A stretch of 64,000 nt of DNA, from the NCBI GenBank assembly GCA_028534125.1, contig CM052816.1:10480001-10544000 (forward strand), read 5' to 3'. This DNA comes from Lama glama. Lineage: Eukaryota. This document shows positions 46,811 to 59,150 of the stretch, piece by piece. Below the pieces are notes generated by a model. The model did not search any database. It was given only the letters and a program-made list of their open reading frames with translations, and was not told the DNA's origin. The translations under genes were made by a program, and so were the position numbers. The stretch's first letter is position 1. Each line of letters starts with the position of its first letter.

Positions 46811-49294
46811 CCTTCACAGTAGCTGGATCACATCATCATCTAAAGCCAGAAGACAGAAGGGAGGAGGGCAGTTATACATTTTTTTTTTCAAGGTGGAGTT
46901 TACCCAGAATTCTGCAGCAGATGTCTACACTTACCTCTATGGCCAAAAATCAAATTTTATCTCCCATGGCTAACCCTAGCTGCAAGAGAAGCTGCAAGAG
47001 TAACTATTTAACCTTTCTGCCTCAAATAGATATGAGCAAGGCACAAAGAGGTTTGAAATAGAAGTGATATGAGACAACCGATTTGGCCATCATGGTGAAT
47101 ACTATTTTTATAATCTGCATGTTGCAGATGAAGAAATGGAGGACTTAGCACGTGTTGCTTGTCTGCAGTCACACATGCAGCCATGGCCGAGCCGACACCT
47201 GCTGGTGTGTTCTGCCTCCTGAACCTAAGCTGGTCATTACTGCAGTGTGGATGCTATATAATCTCGCCAGTGATTAGCATTTATGCAAATTTTAAATGTC
47301 ATAAAACTTTAATGTAAGTTCATTGTATAGTCATTTCCATTGTAAAGGCAGATCCTTAAGAAAAAATTACATACTTGATTGGCTGATCAATGTTCCCCTC
47401 TACTGTCCATCCTTCACTAATTAGCTTAAAATTCGTGAAATAGAGATGTAGAGATGGTGAGAGAAATGAATCGTAATGAAAGATTATTGAGGGAGGATGG
47501 GAAGAAGGAAAGAGGGAAGAAGGGAAAGGGAGGGGGACAAGACCTAAGGGAAATGAATCAGTGAAGGAAAACTTCTGCTTGTCCAGGGTAATTTGCAAGC
47601 CAAAAAGCCACGAATTTCAGGTTCTCCTTTTTTTTTTTTTTTTTGAAAAAGGAGTAGTGAGGCACATTTCTTCAGCCTTATGCTCTTTTTTCACCCAGAG
47701 ACTGGCATGAGGCATCAGCTAAGCGGTCAGGGCATCTCACCTCCCAGCCCAGTTACATCCATGGTTAGAACAGCACCAGGCTGCTGACACTGGCTGCTAA
47801 CTTGGGGCTACTTTGATAGAACTCTTTTCACTACCCATAGATTGTCTGAAAGATAGGACTCTAGCCAGGGTCAGGAATAATAATGAATAATGAATAATGA
47901 AAAGAACACTGGAGCAAGTCTATTGGGACTTGAGTCCCAGCTCTGTCACTGTGACCTAAAATGAAAACAGAAACATAGGAAAAGACTCATTGTCTGGGCT
48001 TGAGCTTCTTCATCGACAAAATAATGGAATTAGGATGGATGATAGTCAAGATGCTTCCAGCTCTCCTGTTCTGTCAGTGTTTTGGAGCACGGGCAAAGGT
48101 CGAGTGTGGATCTGTTCATTTATTATGTGAAATTAGCAGAAGAAGGAGGACTAGGCACTGGGCAGATGAACGTAATAGATGATCGGCCATGTGGTCTGAG
48201 TCTGGCTCCTGGATAGGCACCTTTGGTTCATCAGTAAGAGCAAAAACTTCCATTGACTGAATATCCACCATGTGCTAGAGATTTTGTGGGATACACTGAG
48301 CCCATTTTTCTTTAATCTTCACAAATTAGATGTCTGCTGTCCACATTCTTCAGAGGAGCAAATGAGGTTAATTTACATGCATATGTCTACAAGGCATTAA
48401 TCAGCAAGTCATTTCTTGGCAGCTCTGAACAGACCACTGCTTCCCACGCCCCCACCCTTCTCCCCAGGAAAGTCCTCTTTTAAAAGTGCTTTTCTTTGGT
48501 GTTGTACACTTAGAACATAAGGGTAGCATTTCTTGGGAGAATTGATGGCATTATTTCCTCAAGGAATAAAGTCACTGACACCAACTCTAATGTCTCTTTG
48601 TCCTGCGCCTATTTCTAAAAGCCCTCCGTGTCAGTATTTGTACAGACATATTACTGTTCCAATTTCCATACCATGTCATTCAATAAAGACCACAATAATA
48701 GCAGCTCCCTGAGGCAGGGGATAACTAGACATTTTACGATGTCGTCCCGGAGTAAAGCTCTATTAATACTGAAATCCACTTAATTGACGTTCAAATGCAG
48801 TTAAGTTAGCACAATATTTTCATAAACCACATGTAGTTCTCAGGTGCTTTGTCCAGGAGAGTGATTAACATCTGTATTTGTGGGCCTGGCAGCCCTCTCC
48901 CACTGCCTTCTGATTTGAGTTGGGAAAATACACTTTCATGTGCTCCTTGCCAATACAGGGCTGTCAGATGCATCCGGATTCCAAGCCTCGGCTGATATCA
49001 GCCTCTGTGGGTCTTCCTTACTCTTTTTATAGATCACAAGGATAGTGTTCTGTGCTGTTTCCATGGGTCTTAGACAGCTCACTGTTCTGCGCCAAGGCTG
49101 CCCTGTCCATTACTTTCCACTTTCTCATAGAACATGAAGAGACTGAAAAAGAATGGAATTGAATGCTATACTCGCCAGTGATGTTGGCTCAGTGAACTGG
49201 CCCCGCTAAAGGGAAGCTCCTGCCAACCTGAATGACTTCTTGTTCCCATATACCCCATTCAGCCTTGGTCTTTGCCTGTCATGATTTTCCCCCT

Positions 49295-49442
49295 TTTCAC
49301 TGGAGACTTTGTTAAAAAGCAGATTCCTGAACCCGAGACATTCTGATACGGTAGGTCTGGGGCAGGGCTGAAGAATTTGCATCACTGACCAGCCGCCTGG
49401 TGGTGCTGCTGCTGCTGGCAGGTCATAAATTTGAGTAGTCTT
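49295..49442. mobile_element. hAT-Charlie MITE (MER5A-like)
   Basis: ttgttaaaaagcagattcctg...ttctgatacggtaggtctggggcagggctgaagaatttgcat...tgctgctgctgg...tttgagtag. Confidence 0.8.
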
Positions 49443-49524
49443 GTTCTTGCATAGTTTATGATAAGTGTAATTAAAGTACCTGTGGAAGGCAAGTCTGGAT
49501 TCTGATTTTAAGATGGGGATTTTA

Positions 49525-50264
49525 TTTTACTATATTTTTTAATTGAAGTATAGTCGGTTTACAGTGTTGAGTTAATTGCTGATGTACAGCATAGTGATTC
49601 AGTCATACATACACATACATATATTCCTTTTCGTATTCTTTTTCGTTAAAGACCATTATAAAGTATTGTCTTATACAGTAGGACTTATTTTACATATAGT
49701 AGTTAGTATCTGCAATTCCCAAACTCCCAACTTATTTCTCCAACTGCTCATCCCTCCTTGATAACCGTAAGTTTGTATTCTACGTCTGCAAGTCTGTTTC
49801 TGTTTTGTAAGTAAATTCATTTGTGTCACTTTTTTAGATTCCACATAGAAATGATATCATATGATATTTTTGTTTCTCTTTCTGGCTTACTTTACTTTAG
49901 TATGACAATCTCCAAGTCCATCCATGTTGTTGCAAATGGCATTGTTTTATTCTTTTTATGACTGAGTACTATTCCATTATATATCACTTCTTTATCCAGT
50001 CATCAGTCAGTGGACATGTAGATTGCTTTTGTGTCTTGGCTATTGTAAATAGTGCTGCTATGAACATTGGGGTGCATTGTATCTTTGAGAATTGCAGTTT
50101 CCTCCAGATACATGCCCAGGATTGGGATTGCTGGATCATATGGTAACTCTATTTTTAGTTTTTTAAGGAATCTCCATACTGTTTTCTGTAATGGCTGCAC
50201 CAAACTACATTCCCACCAGCAGTATAGGAGGGTTCCCTCTTCTCCACATCCTCCCCAGCATTTA
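49525..50264 (-). mobile_element. L1 3' end (about 0.74 kb) with TSD
   Basis: ORF 50003-50311(-) [50 protein letters not shown] is the ORF2p CCHC region. TSD taagatggggatttta (49509-49524) / taagatgaggatatta (50265-50280). Confidence 0.95.
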
Positions 50265-50772
50265 TAAGATGAGGATATTATGAATGAGCTGAAACCACTC
50301 TTGAGGTGCAAATGAAAACTTTATGCACAAAGGCAAATATTCACTATATCACTTCCTCTTCTGCAGTAATTGCAAGTGAATTATGGACCATACAACATAA
50401 GGGAAAATGAAATTAAAAAGGAGTAATCCCAGAAGGCATCTCCAGAAAAATGGTGACATTGAGTTTCCATTTTGAAGGTTGCATAAGGGGCAGATGCCAA
50501 AGCCTACAAGTCTTCCAAGGTGGGGGTTTAATATGACATCTCCACTCCTGTGATCTCCAAAGCGCTACAGCTTCAAACTAAGAGGAAATGAGAAATAAAC
50601 CCACTGCTAGTGATGGAACAGCACTGAATGAAAGGAAAGAATAGAATGTACCAACATTTCTTCAAGATTTCATAACTCTTAAAGTTGGTCCTCATGTAGG
50701 TTTGCAGCCAAATTCACATTGCCTGCTGGGCACAAAATACTTCCAAAGGAGAATGTGATTAAAGAAGTTCCA

Positions 50773-50908
50773 TGGTGGGGAGGGGGAGCAGAGTATAGCT
50801 CAGTGGTGGAGTGCATGCGTAGCATGCATAAGGTCCTGGGTTCAGTCCCCAGTACCTCCATTAAAACAAACAAATAAATAAAGAAATCGTAATTACCCCC
50901 CAATAAAC
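50773..50908 (+). mobile_element. tRNA-Ala-derived SINE (camelid Vic-1-like)
   Basis: gtatagctcagtggtggagtgcatgcgtagcatgcataaggtcctgggttcagtccccagtacctcca (A and B boxes, tRNA-Ala(AGC)-like), A-rich tail, TSD aaagaagt(t/c)cca at 50761-50772 and 50909-50920. Confidence 0.92.
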
Positions 50909-51202
50909 AAAGAAGTCCCAAGTTGTTAGTATCCCCTGGTGATTTCAAGAAGAACTTCAGTTTCTGAAGGAATGAGACCTTGAGCCAAGCTCTCTGAAAA
51001 CTGCTACAACCAAATTTGCAAGGAACGTGAATTCACAGTCGACCATGCACATGCACACACATACACACATGCAGTACACATGGAAACAGACAACATGGAA
51101 AAGAACCAGAAGAAACAACAGGCAGGAAAATAATACTCAGAAAGGCCTATATGATTTTGGAATTATCGATCAGGCAGAGTAATAAAGAACTCTTTTTAAT
51201 AC

Positions 51203-51715
51203 TGTGAACAAAAAATATTGCAAGCCATATCAGTAAACAAAGAACACTGTGGCCATCAAGTCATCAGCCGCTACCCCAACCCCTGACGGTGAGCAGAGGG
51301 AACTCAGGATACAGACAAGCAGGCAGCCTGTCCTCTGCAGCCACCTGCAATGGTGCACCTGAGGGATGTGAAAGAACTGGAAACTGACACTAGACAGCTA
51401 GCTGCCTATCAAAAGAATGATTTCAGTGAGCCCAGACCTTTGCACCTTCCCATGCATAGAAAAGTGCAAAATTCTTTAACTTGAGATATATGGCTCTCTT
51501 TAATTAACAGTAATCTTTTGATGTTCCAACTGCCTGGTCTTTGTTGTAAAAACTCCTGTACATCCTGGCTCCTCCCCTACCTCCTCAGAGCAGTCAGTCC
51601 CTCAGAGCAAACTGAGGCTGTCATCCCTGGCTCGAGGGGTTCAAGTTCTCAGAAATGTCTGCCGAATGAAATTTAACTCTCAGCTTTTAGGTTGTGCATT
51701 TTATTTCCGTTGACA
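51203..51715 (+). mobile_element. ERV1-class solo LTR (subfamily uncertain)
   Basis: 513 bp with TG...CA ends (tgtgaac / gttgaca, a near-inverted pair) and an ERV1-type tail aactctcagcttttaggttgtgcattttatttccgttgaca. No clear TSD. Confidence 0.75.
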
Positions 51716-52239
51716 GGTTGTTTAAAGGAAAAATGCTTACATGAATCATCTCTGTATTTCCCTATTACTTGCATAATAATTACTTCAGCAGTATTAGTTG
51801 ACTGAATGAAAAAAACCAGATAACTGCTTCTGTAATAGAGATCCTCAAAATTAAAGGTTTAAGGAGTGTTGGAAGACAGTAGTCAATTACATTCTCCTGG
51901 CAACAATCAGTTGGCATCAAGGAGTACCTTACCGCTAGGAGTTACCAGGTTAGTAATCCTATCCCTTCCCTGAGCGTGGTGGAGCAGCTCTTCTCGTTAA
52001 AAGGGTTAACCTTTCACAGAGTTAAATATTTAAGGGAGTTCTGAAGGATCTAGGCTCCTTGTTGGCCATGGGTACCTATCTTTTAATCCTAAAAACTTCC
52101 TTTAGAACTTGGAAATAAGCTGCTAAGTCACATGACTGTAGAAGGGCAGGAGTGGGTGGCTACCTAGGTATATAAGAAATCTGAAACTTTATGGTTGTTA
52201 AAAAAATACTTTTTTCCTGAAATTGAATTTAGAAATGAA

Positions 52240-52412
52240 TTAGACTAAAGTCTTTAAATTTGGGATCCATCGACATTTGGAGGCCCATTACTGGATTTCA
52301 GGGAGTCTCTGAACTTACGTATCATAAAATTTTGCATATTTCTGAGGAGGGGATTGGGAAATGTCATTACCTTCTCAAAAGGGCTTGTGACCTCAGAAAA
52401 GATTATAGAAAG
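52240..52412. mobile_element. hAT-Charlie MITE remnant (MER103-like)
   Basis: tgggatccat...ggatttcagggagtctctgaac...ttctcaaaagggcttgtgacctcagaaaagatta. Confidence 0.55.
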
Positions 52413-53409
52413 ATTTTTTTTCCTTAATTTTCCACTTTTTGAAAAACTGGAGAAACTGAGAGCCAAAGAGTTAAAATGATTTGCCCAATATCACAATTTC
52501 ACATGCACATTTGCATTTTGAGTGCCAGAGCACAAGTTTATCCATCTAAAATCCCACCTTTAGTTAAGGTACCCACAGAGTGGGTTCTGAGTATTTCTAA
52601 TCGTGATTTCTCTCTCAACAAATGAGAACATCTCTGAAGTTTCCCAAGCTTCCTCAGTAACTTACCATCCTGAAACCTATTCATGTGAAACGTAATTTCC
52701 TTCTTTGCAAGGACGTGACTGCACAGATGCAGGTTTTCTCTACTATACTTGGAGTATTCTACTCCAGACCTCCAAGCCTGCACCCTGCAGAGATCGTAAA
52801 TCTCTCCGCAAGCAGACACACACCTCTTTTGTCAATATTTGCATGGGGAATCAGAAGAAAGATTTAGCTTTGGCAATTTCTCCTAGTTGGTCAGACAACT
52901 CTGAAACACATATTGAGGCTGTTGAGAATTGAGAATTGTCTTTCCCAAAGAGTCATCAGTAGTAGGTTTTCCATTAGTATTAGAAAGACCTTAACAGATA
53001 AGCAGCTTTCCTACAGGTCTATTTGCAAGTGTGGTTTGGCAGAAAGAGCACAGATGAGGCCTTCCACTGGCTAGTTAGTGGTGGGACCTGAGTCAATCAC
53101 TTAAGCTCTCAGTGTCTCATTTGTTAAATAAAATTGAATCACCTTTAAAGTAGATTAGGTATGGTTTTATGCAAACCCAGGCACTGGAAAAGATCCTTGT
53201 TTCATTGAATACCTGATGAAAAATGGCTTTGCTCCTAAAAGCCACGCTCTATGAAAAATGTATGTTTCATCGTGGTTTGCCCCCTAAGCGCTTAGAATTG
53301 CAATTGTAGAAATTAAACATTTATGCTTCGCTATAGAAGTGACACTCCTGCTTGTCTCACACGGGATTGCTGCAAGGCGGTGAGTAAGTGATAGTGTCTG
53401 AGTCTTTCC

Positions 53410-54470
53410 CCAGGCCAGGGCCAAGTTTTAGTTACTTTGATACGCAGGCTCTACCAGTTACTATTTGTGTGAGTTTGGCTGGTTTTTTGAGCCTCCCTGG
53501 GCATCACTTTCATGACCTGTAAAATAGGAATTGTCGTGGTACCAATCTCGTAGGTACCTGTGAAGATCAAATGAGCTCCTAAGTGTAATGTACTTAGAAC
53601 CACCCTTTGCTGGTTAATCCTCCCTCAGAGGAACCGGGGACAGAAGGCCTCCTGAAAACTAACAGGGCAGCTCTGCTCTCAGCCTTGCCATCATCAGTGA
53701 GAAAGCTTTTGGCACAACTGCTGGGCAGAGCTGCTGGAAAGGGAGAAGAGGAACTTGATACATGGTCCCAAAGGGAAAGAGAAAATATCTCTGCGGTGTC
53801 TGCAGCCGCAAACTGGCGATGACGGGCGCTGGCAGAAGTCCACCCCCAACCCCAGGAAGACGTGTTGTGGCTTCTCGGGCTGTTTCTGCGAGCTGTCGGC
53901 AGAGGAGGTCTTTCTCAACCAAGACCTCCCCCTGATTCTCTACCTCTTGGGCCGGGGGCGAGGGAAGGAATTTATGATACCCTGATCACCTACAGGCTCC
54001 CTCATCAGTGATATAAACTTGGGCAAGTTCCTTTCAAATCTGTGTGCCTCACTCACCTTGAAACTGGAAGTAAAGATAGTACCTGCCTCGCAGCATTGCT
54101 GTGATGATGAAATGTGTTCATACCTGTCACGTGCTGATAACGGAGCCCGGGAACTGTAGCAGTAATACTGGTTATCACGAGTACTCTTCTGCTCAGGACA
54201 TAAGATCTTTGGGCATCATTCGGGAACAAATGGGGATTGCACTATCTCTTACTGCAGAGTGGTTTTAATAGCTCGGACCTTGAAGTGAAAGCCCCAGATT
54301 CAGTCCCCGGCTCTTCTACTTACCAGTGAAATAACTCTGATCACGTGGATACCTTGTATGAGTTTGAGTGTCACCATCCTACATTGACTAAGCCACCTGC
54401 TTCCCTTCCCCACAGGGCTCCTGTGAGTACCAAATAGGACAGTGGATGAGAGGTGCTTTCCAAACTGTGG
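53410..54470 (+). mobile_element. Cluster of three MIR fragments (about 53410-53600, 53990-54180, 54255-54470)
   Basis: Each shows the MIR core (e.g. acctgtaaaataggaat...gtgaagatcaaatgag; ttgggcaagtt...gtgcctc; cagattcagtccccggctcttctacttacc). Confidence 0.7.
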
Positions 54471-55734
54471 AGGGTGAGGCCAGTGGTCTTGCTGTGCCCC
54501 AGAGAGTGGGGCCTCCTCCCAGTACTGCAGCCTGCCTATTCGGGGGGGATGCTGAGCTGGTGATTCAGAGAAGGAGCACCTCAGCCATCCCTCACAGCAC
54601 TGTGAATGCTGAGGATTTACTCAGCTATGGGCTGGTGTCTTTGTCCCCCTTGTGGAGGCAGCAGGCAGTATTAACCAGGCTTTGGAGAGGGAGTATCATT
54701 TCCTTTAAAAAAGATCACTTGGCTGGTCTCGCAATCAGAGCTTGGATGGGCTTGGAGAAGTGGAGTCTCTTTAGCAAAGCAAAAGATCGTATTAACTCTT
54801 ACACTTGAACAACAATAACAATATCTGATTGATCTACACATAACTGTGGGTCAGGCACCCCTCTGGGTACTGAGGATTCAGCAGCCCCTGACTTCATGGG
54901 GCTCAGCTTCTCTTTAGAAACCCTTCACCTCAAAGCGGAAGAAAGTGAGGCCAGCGGCTCAAAGTGCAGGGACCTGGGAACATCATGTTTTGATTTTGCA
55001 GCTGAGCTCGGTCTGCAGCCCAGCATCTCACTTCCGCTCCAGGCTGGCTTCCCTAAGTCAGTGGACTGTGTTACAATCTCACAGACTGAGCAAATTACTC
55101 TTTTTTATTTTTCCCTCTGAAGTTACCTGTCAACTCCCAGCCTCAAAAGAATATGGTATACAGTGATGGTAGAGGACCAGATGCCTTTAAAAGGAAAATG
55201 GAATCATTATTTTACACTGAGCTTGCTTCTGTGTGCATTTTACTGACAGCATTATTTTTGCCACATTATTAACAAGAGAAAAGATGCCAGGGGCACAGCA
55301 GATAAAATGACTGGAAACTTACTCGGCATTGGGGGTGATGCCACAGCCTGTTGGGCCTCCTCTTTTGCTATTTTTCAGTTGCGTCTCTTCCTCTGGCTTG
55401 TTGTCATGTTTTTGAAAATTGCTAGACATTCAGAAGCTTTGAGAGGCTGCCTGTGCTACTTTCCATGGGAGGGGTGGTTCTCGGCCTGGACACGCTCTTG
55501 CCACTAAGGGAAATGAGATTCCCCAGGACAGGCACCAACTGTTCCTCTCACTTCTCCTTGGGCATCTTCGAAGGCCTTCAGCAAAGCACAGAACAAACAG
55601 AAAAAAATAAATCCACGTGGGACATTTTACTCCTTCAATTTTCATTCTTAACTTTGAAGTGTTTATTTACAAGGCATTTGTTTATGTTTGGATATCTCAT
55701 TTGAAACCATTGCTCTGGGAAAGCCATTTCTCTT

Positions 55735-55980
55735 AGTAACAGCCACTATCATTGAATACTTTCTTCGGACCAGGGTGGTGGTCAGTGGTTTACCTGCATG
55801 AGCTCATTTAATACTCACAAGCTCCTAGGAGATAAACACTATTACCCCCATTTTACAGATAGGGAGATGGAGGCCCAGAGAGATTAAACCCTTGTCCAGT
55901 CTGCAGCTCAGTACATATCAGTCCAGCGGCTGGAATACAGATCTGCCAACTCCAGAGCCAGGATTCTTAATCACTAAGTG
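55735..55980 (-). mobile_element. MIR SINE
   Basis: ctcatttaatactcacaa...attacccccattttacagatagggagatggaggcccagagagattaa...aactccagagcc. Confidence 0.85.
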
Positions 55981-56577
55981 AGGGGCCACCCGACAGATTT
56001 CTCACTGCAGGCGGGGGGAGGCCCACAACAACAACAGTGTGACACATTAGCGAGGGCAAGGCCCCTGCGTGCAGCTTGTGCGTCGTGACTCAGCTCATTC
56101 TCTGAGTTCTTGTTCCATTCTGTTTCTCAAGTTCAGTTTTTCTAATGGAATGAATGTGTTCTGCAGTGAACCTGCATTAATTCTTCTTTCATGAGAAGCC
56201 CAGGCTGTACTAGTGAAATACAGCCTAAATATGAGACTGTTATACAGGGAATAATGACACTATCTCAAACTTCTTTATTTCTTCCAGTTTCTAGAGGGCC
56301 ATGACATGTGCGCATGTAATCTTCCTGTATCTTCCTAAGAACCCACAGAGGTTGACAAAGGGAAGCTCTTTGTGGCTTCCCTCTGAGTCACTAGCTTAGG
56401 GATGTGTTTTGCAGGCAGGTGAGAACAAATGCAAATTACAGCTTTCCCACATCCCAGTATAGACCTTGAGTGAGTTACTTAACTTCCCAAGCTTCAGTTT
56501 CTTTATAGAATGGACATAATAATACCTTTTTGGCTAGGCAGCTTCTGTCATCCCCAATATTTGGTATAACCCTACTA

Positions 56578-56613
56578 AATAATAATAGTAATAATAATAA
56601 TAGTAATAATAAT
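56578..56613 (+). repeat. Imperfect (AAT/AGT)n microsatellite
   Basis: aataataatagtaataataataatagtaataataat. Confidence 0.85.
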
Positions 56614-57849
56614 ATAAAATTATTAGTTCTGTGTCTTCAAATAACAACAACAATAAAAATAATCAATGTCATTTTGAACATTTGCTAAAATCCAGTCTCT
56701 GAATTCAGTGTATAATTCTAGGAGATAAATTGTTGACTCTAAAGTGTAAGATAACTATCATAACAACTAACATTTACTAAGCCTCTACGTACTTAGGGAT
56801 CTGAAAAAATAGGTCTATTTTTTATTTGTCTCTCTTTTTGATACCCATGGTAGGTACTTTCAGGAAGCAAAGCATGTGCATTCTATGCAACAGAATAAAA
56901 TCCTACCATCTCCTGCCTCCAGCACTTTTTAACCACTTGGTTTTGACAGTTATTTAGCCATTAAGCTTGTTGTGGGGATTCAGAGAGAGAATGTATAGAA
57001 AGAGCTTGGCTCATAGGAATAAAAGCATAATGTTTTAAATGTTATTATCAGCGTCATTTTGTTATTATAATTATGAAAAAATGTTACGTGAAGTGGAAGG
57101 TCAAATTACTGAATTATACATGTTTGCACTCCCTCTTTGTCTCTGTAGATATAACTTAAAAAAAAAAAAGAAAGAAAAGTAAAATGAAAATCATTTAAAC
57201 TCGGCAAATGTCATTGTTTGGGTAGCATTAAACACCCCAAATACATCATGTTCTTCCCCCTTTTCTGCAGTTAAATCCTTTTTGGCTGCAGTACTCTGTA
57301 TTCATGTTTAGACTCACTCAGACTAAATTTGTTTCCACTGTGAATAGAATTAAATGACATGTTGAAAATTCTCTCATCTCTATTTTCCTTATTAGTTATA
57401 TAACGTGACATTTTTAAAGAGTGAGGGCTGGGTTGTTTTTTTTTTAACTTTTCACTTTGTGCATTTCAAAATTAAGCAAACAGAATGGGAATTTTATGCC
57501 TCAACTATAAAAGCTTTAATGGCTCAGAATATGTATGAAATACTGGTAGTATGTCAGCAGCTCCAGGATTTTAAGTTCCATAAGGAAAGTCCTGAAAAAA
57601 CCTCTCTTCCCTTTGTCTGGAGGCTGGTACAGTTTTCTGCATTCAGACGAGGCTTGATAAATGTTTAAATGCAGATTTTTAGCTGAATAACTGAATAAAT
57701 AAAGGAACTCATCTCCATACTCAATAATGAGATCTTAGCACCTAGTTAGGCAGAGCTCTAAAAATTCCAGACTTACTGTGATTCTTTGCAGGAGCTGGAC
57801 AGTGCAGGAGCAGGCTGGTTTATCGTCATTGTTAGCAACAAACAAAAAA

Positions 57850-58080
57850 TAATAGGTATGTGTTGGAGCCCCTACTATGTGCCCAGTGTGTGCTAGAAGT
57901 ATTATATACATTACCTCATTTACTCCCCACCCACACTCTATGAGATTGTTATTACTGTATCCATTTTACAGCTGAGAAAACTAAGGCTCAAAGAGAAGTG
58001 GCTTCTATGGTTGCAGAAATGGTCAGGGATAGGACTAATGTTCTAAACCAGGTCTGCCTGACTTTGAAACCATGTTCTTT
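57850..58080 (-). mobile_element. MIR SINE
   Basis: cctactatgtgcc...cattacctcattta...ccattttacagctgagaaaactaaggctca...ccaggtctgcctgact. Confidence 0.85.
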
Positions 58081-58949
58081 CTGGGAATGTCACAGCTTTT
58101 CTGCCTCTGTTGGCTGGACATTTTCTGCCCCGTTGTTGCATTCAGAACTGAAAATCTCTAGGAATGCAGAAAGGCTAAAAATACCCAACTGTTCTACTCT
58201 TTGACCTGCCTGGGGACTGCCTTCAGGGGTCTCAGCTAGCAATGAGTGCCAGAAAATATCATTAAACCCCCATCAGTCCCCTGAAACAGTCAAGCATGCA
58301 GACATATTTGGTCTTTGAAAAGCTCCTTATAGATCTGAATGGAAAGGTATTTAATTTGCAAGTCCAGGCCTTGGTACATGAGATCAAAGAAAGAGGGAGT
58401 TCCCTGGTGGGTTTGAAGATGTAATAAATGCACATGGAGCCAAGTCTAGCTCCCTTCCCTTTGTCTTGCTTTATGGGTCAAGGATCAGTTTTACACAGAC
58501 ACATTGTGGAAACTCACACGGAAGGCATGGTCCATGAATGAGGTTGTTGATTTCTATGTGTGACCCACAGTGCCTTCTGCATTTTAATTAGGAAGTTGGG
58601 AACTTACGACCATTATTTCTTCCGCTGAGCTCTCCTTGCTTAAAGTTAATTAAGTTTGCAGCTCTCCAGATGCTCAGCTCCCAGTGCCCTGAGGAAGGGA
58701 AGCTGTCTGTGTGTGAAGGCCCCAGAGCTGACAGGAAGAGTCATCAGATTGTTATTCAGCTGCAGGAATGGCCTGGCCTCCTAAGACCTTGCCACTATCC
58801 CCACAGCGTGCCACTGAAGGTCCTCTAACTGCCAAGGACACAAAGACAGTAATTCTGTACTCTGGCCTTCCACAGAATGAGGCAGAGAACTGAGAGAGGC
58901 ATTCTCTCTACATTTCACCACCCAGAGCCACAGAGCTACAGCCTGAGTA

Positions 58950-59150
58950 ACAAAACCTATGTGTGCTGAGCATTTATTCCATGTCAGGCAGTGTCTGATC
59001 TGGGAAATGTGTCATGCAATGAACTCACTGCATCCTTTCCACATTCCTGTGAGGTAGACTTTACAGTCATCCTCCTGCATACTTGAGAAAATGAGGCACA
59101 GAGAGGTTGGTAACTTGTCCGTGGTAACACAGCTAGTAAGACGTCTACTG
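58950..59150 (-). mobile_element. MIR SINE
   Basis: tgctgagcatttattccatgtcaggcag...ctgtgaggtag...gaaaatgaggcacagagaggttggtaacttgtcc...acacagctagtaag. Confidence 0.85.

Noticed and set aside
46477..47061. 194-aa ORF
   Set aside because: Runs over L2 and LTR-like remnants, has a non-ATG start and no recognisable protein similarity.
50790..50860. Possible tRNA-Ala gene (also about 61890-61960)
   Set aside because: Stem mismatches, A-rich tail and flanking direct repeats indicate SINE copies, not tRNA genes.
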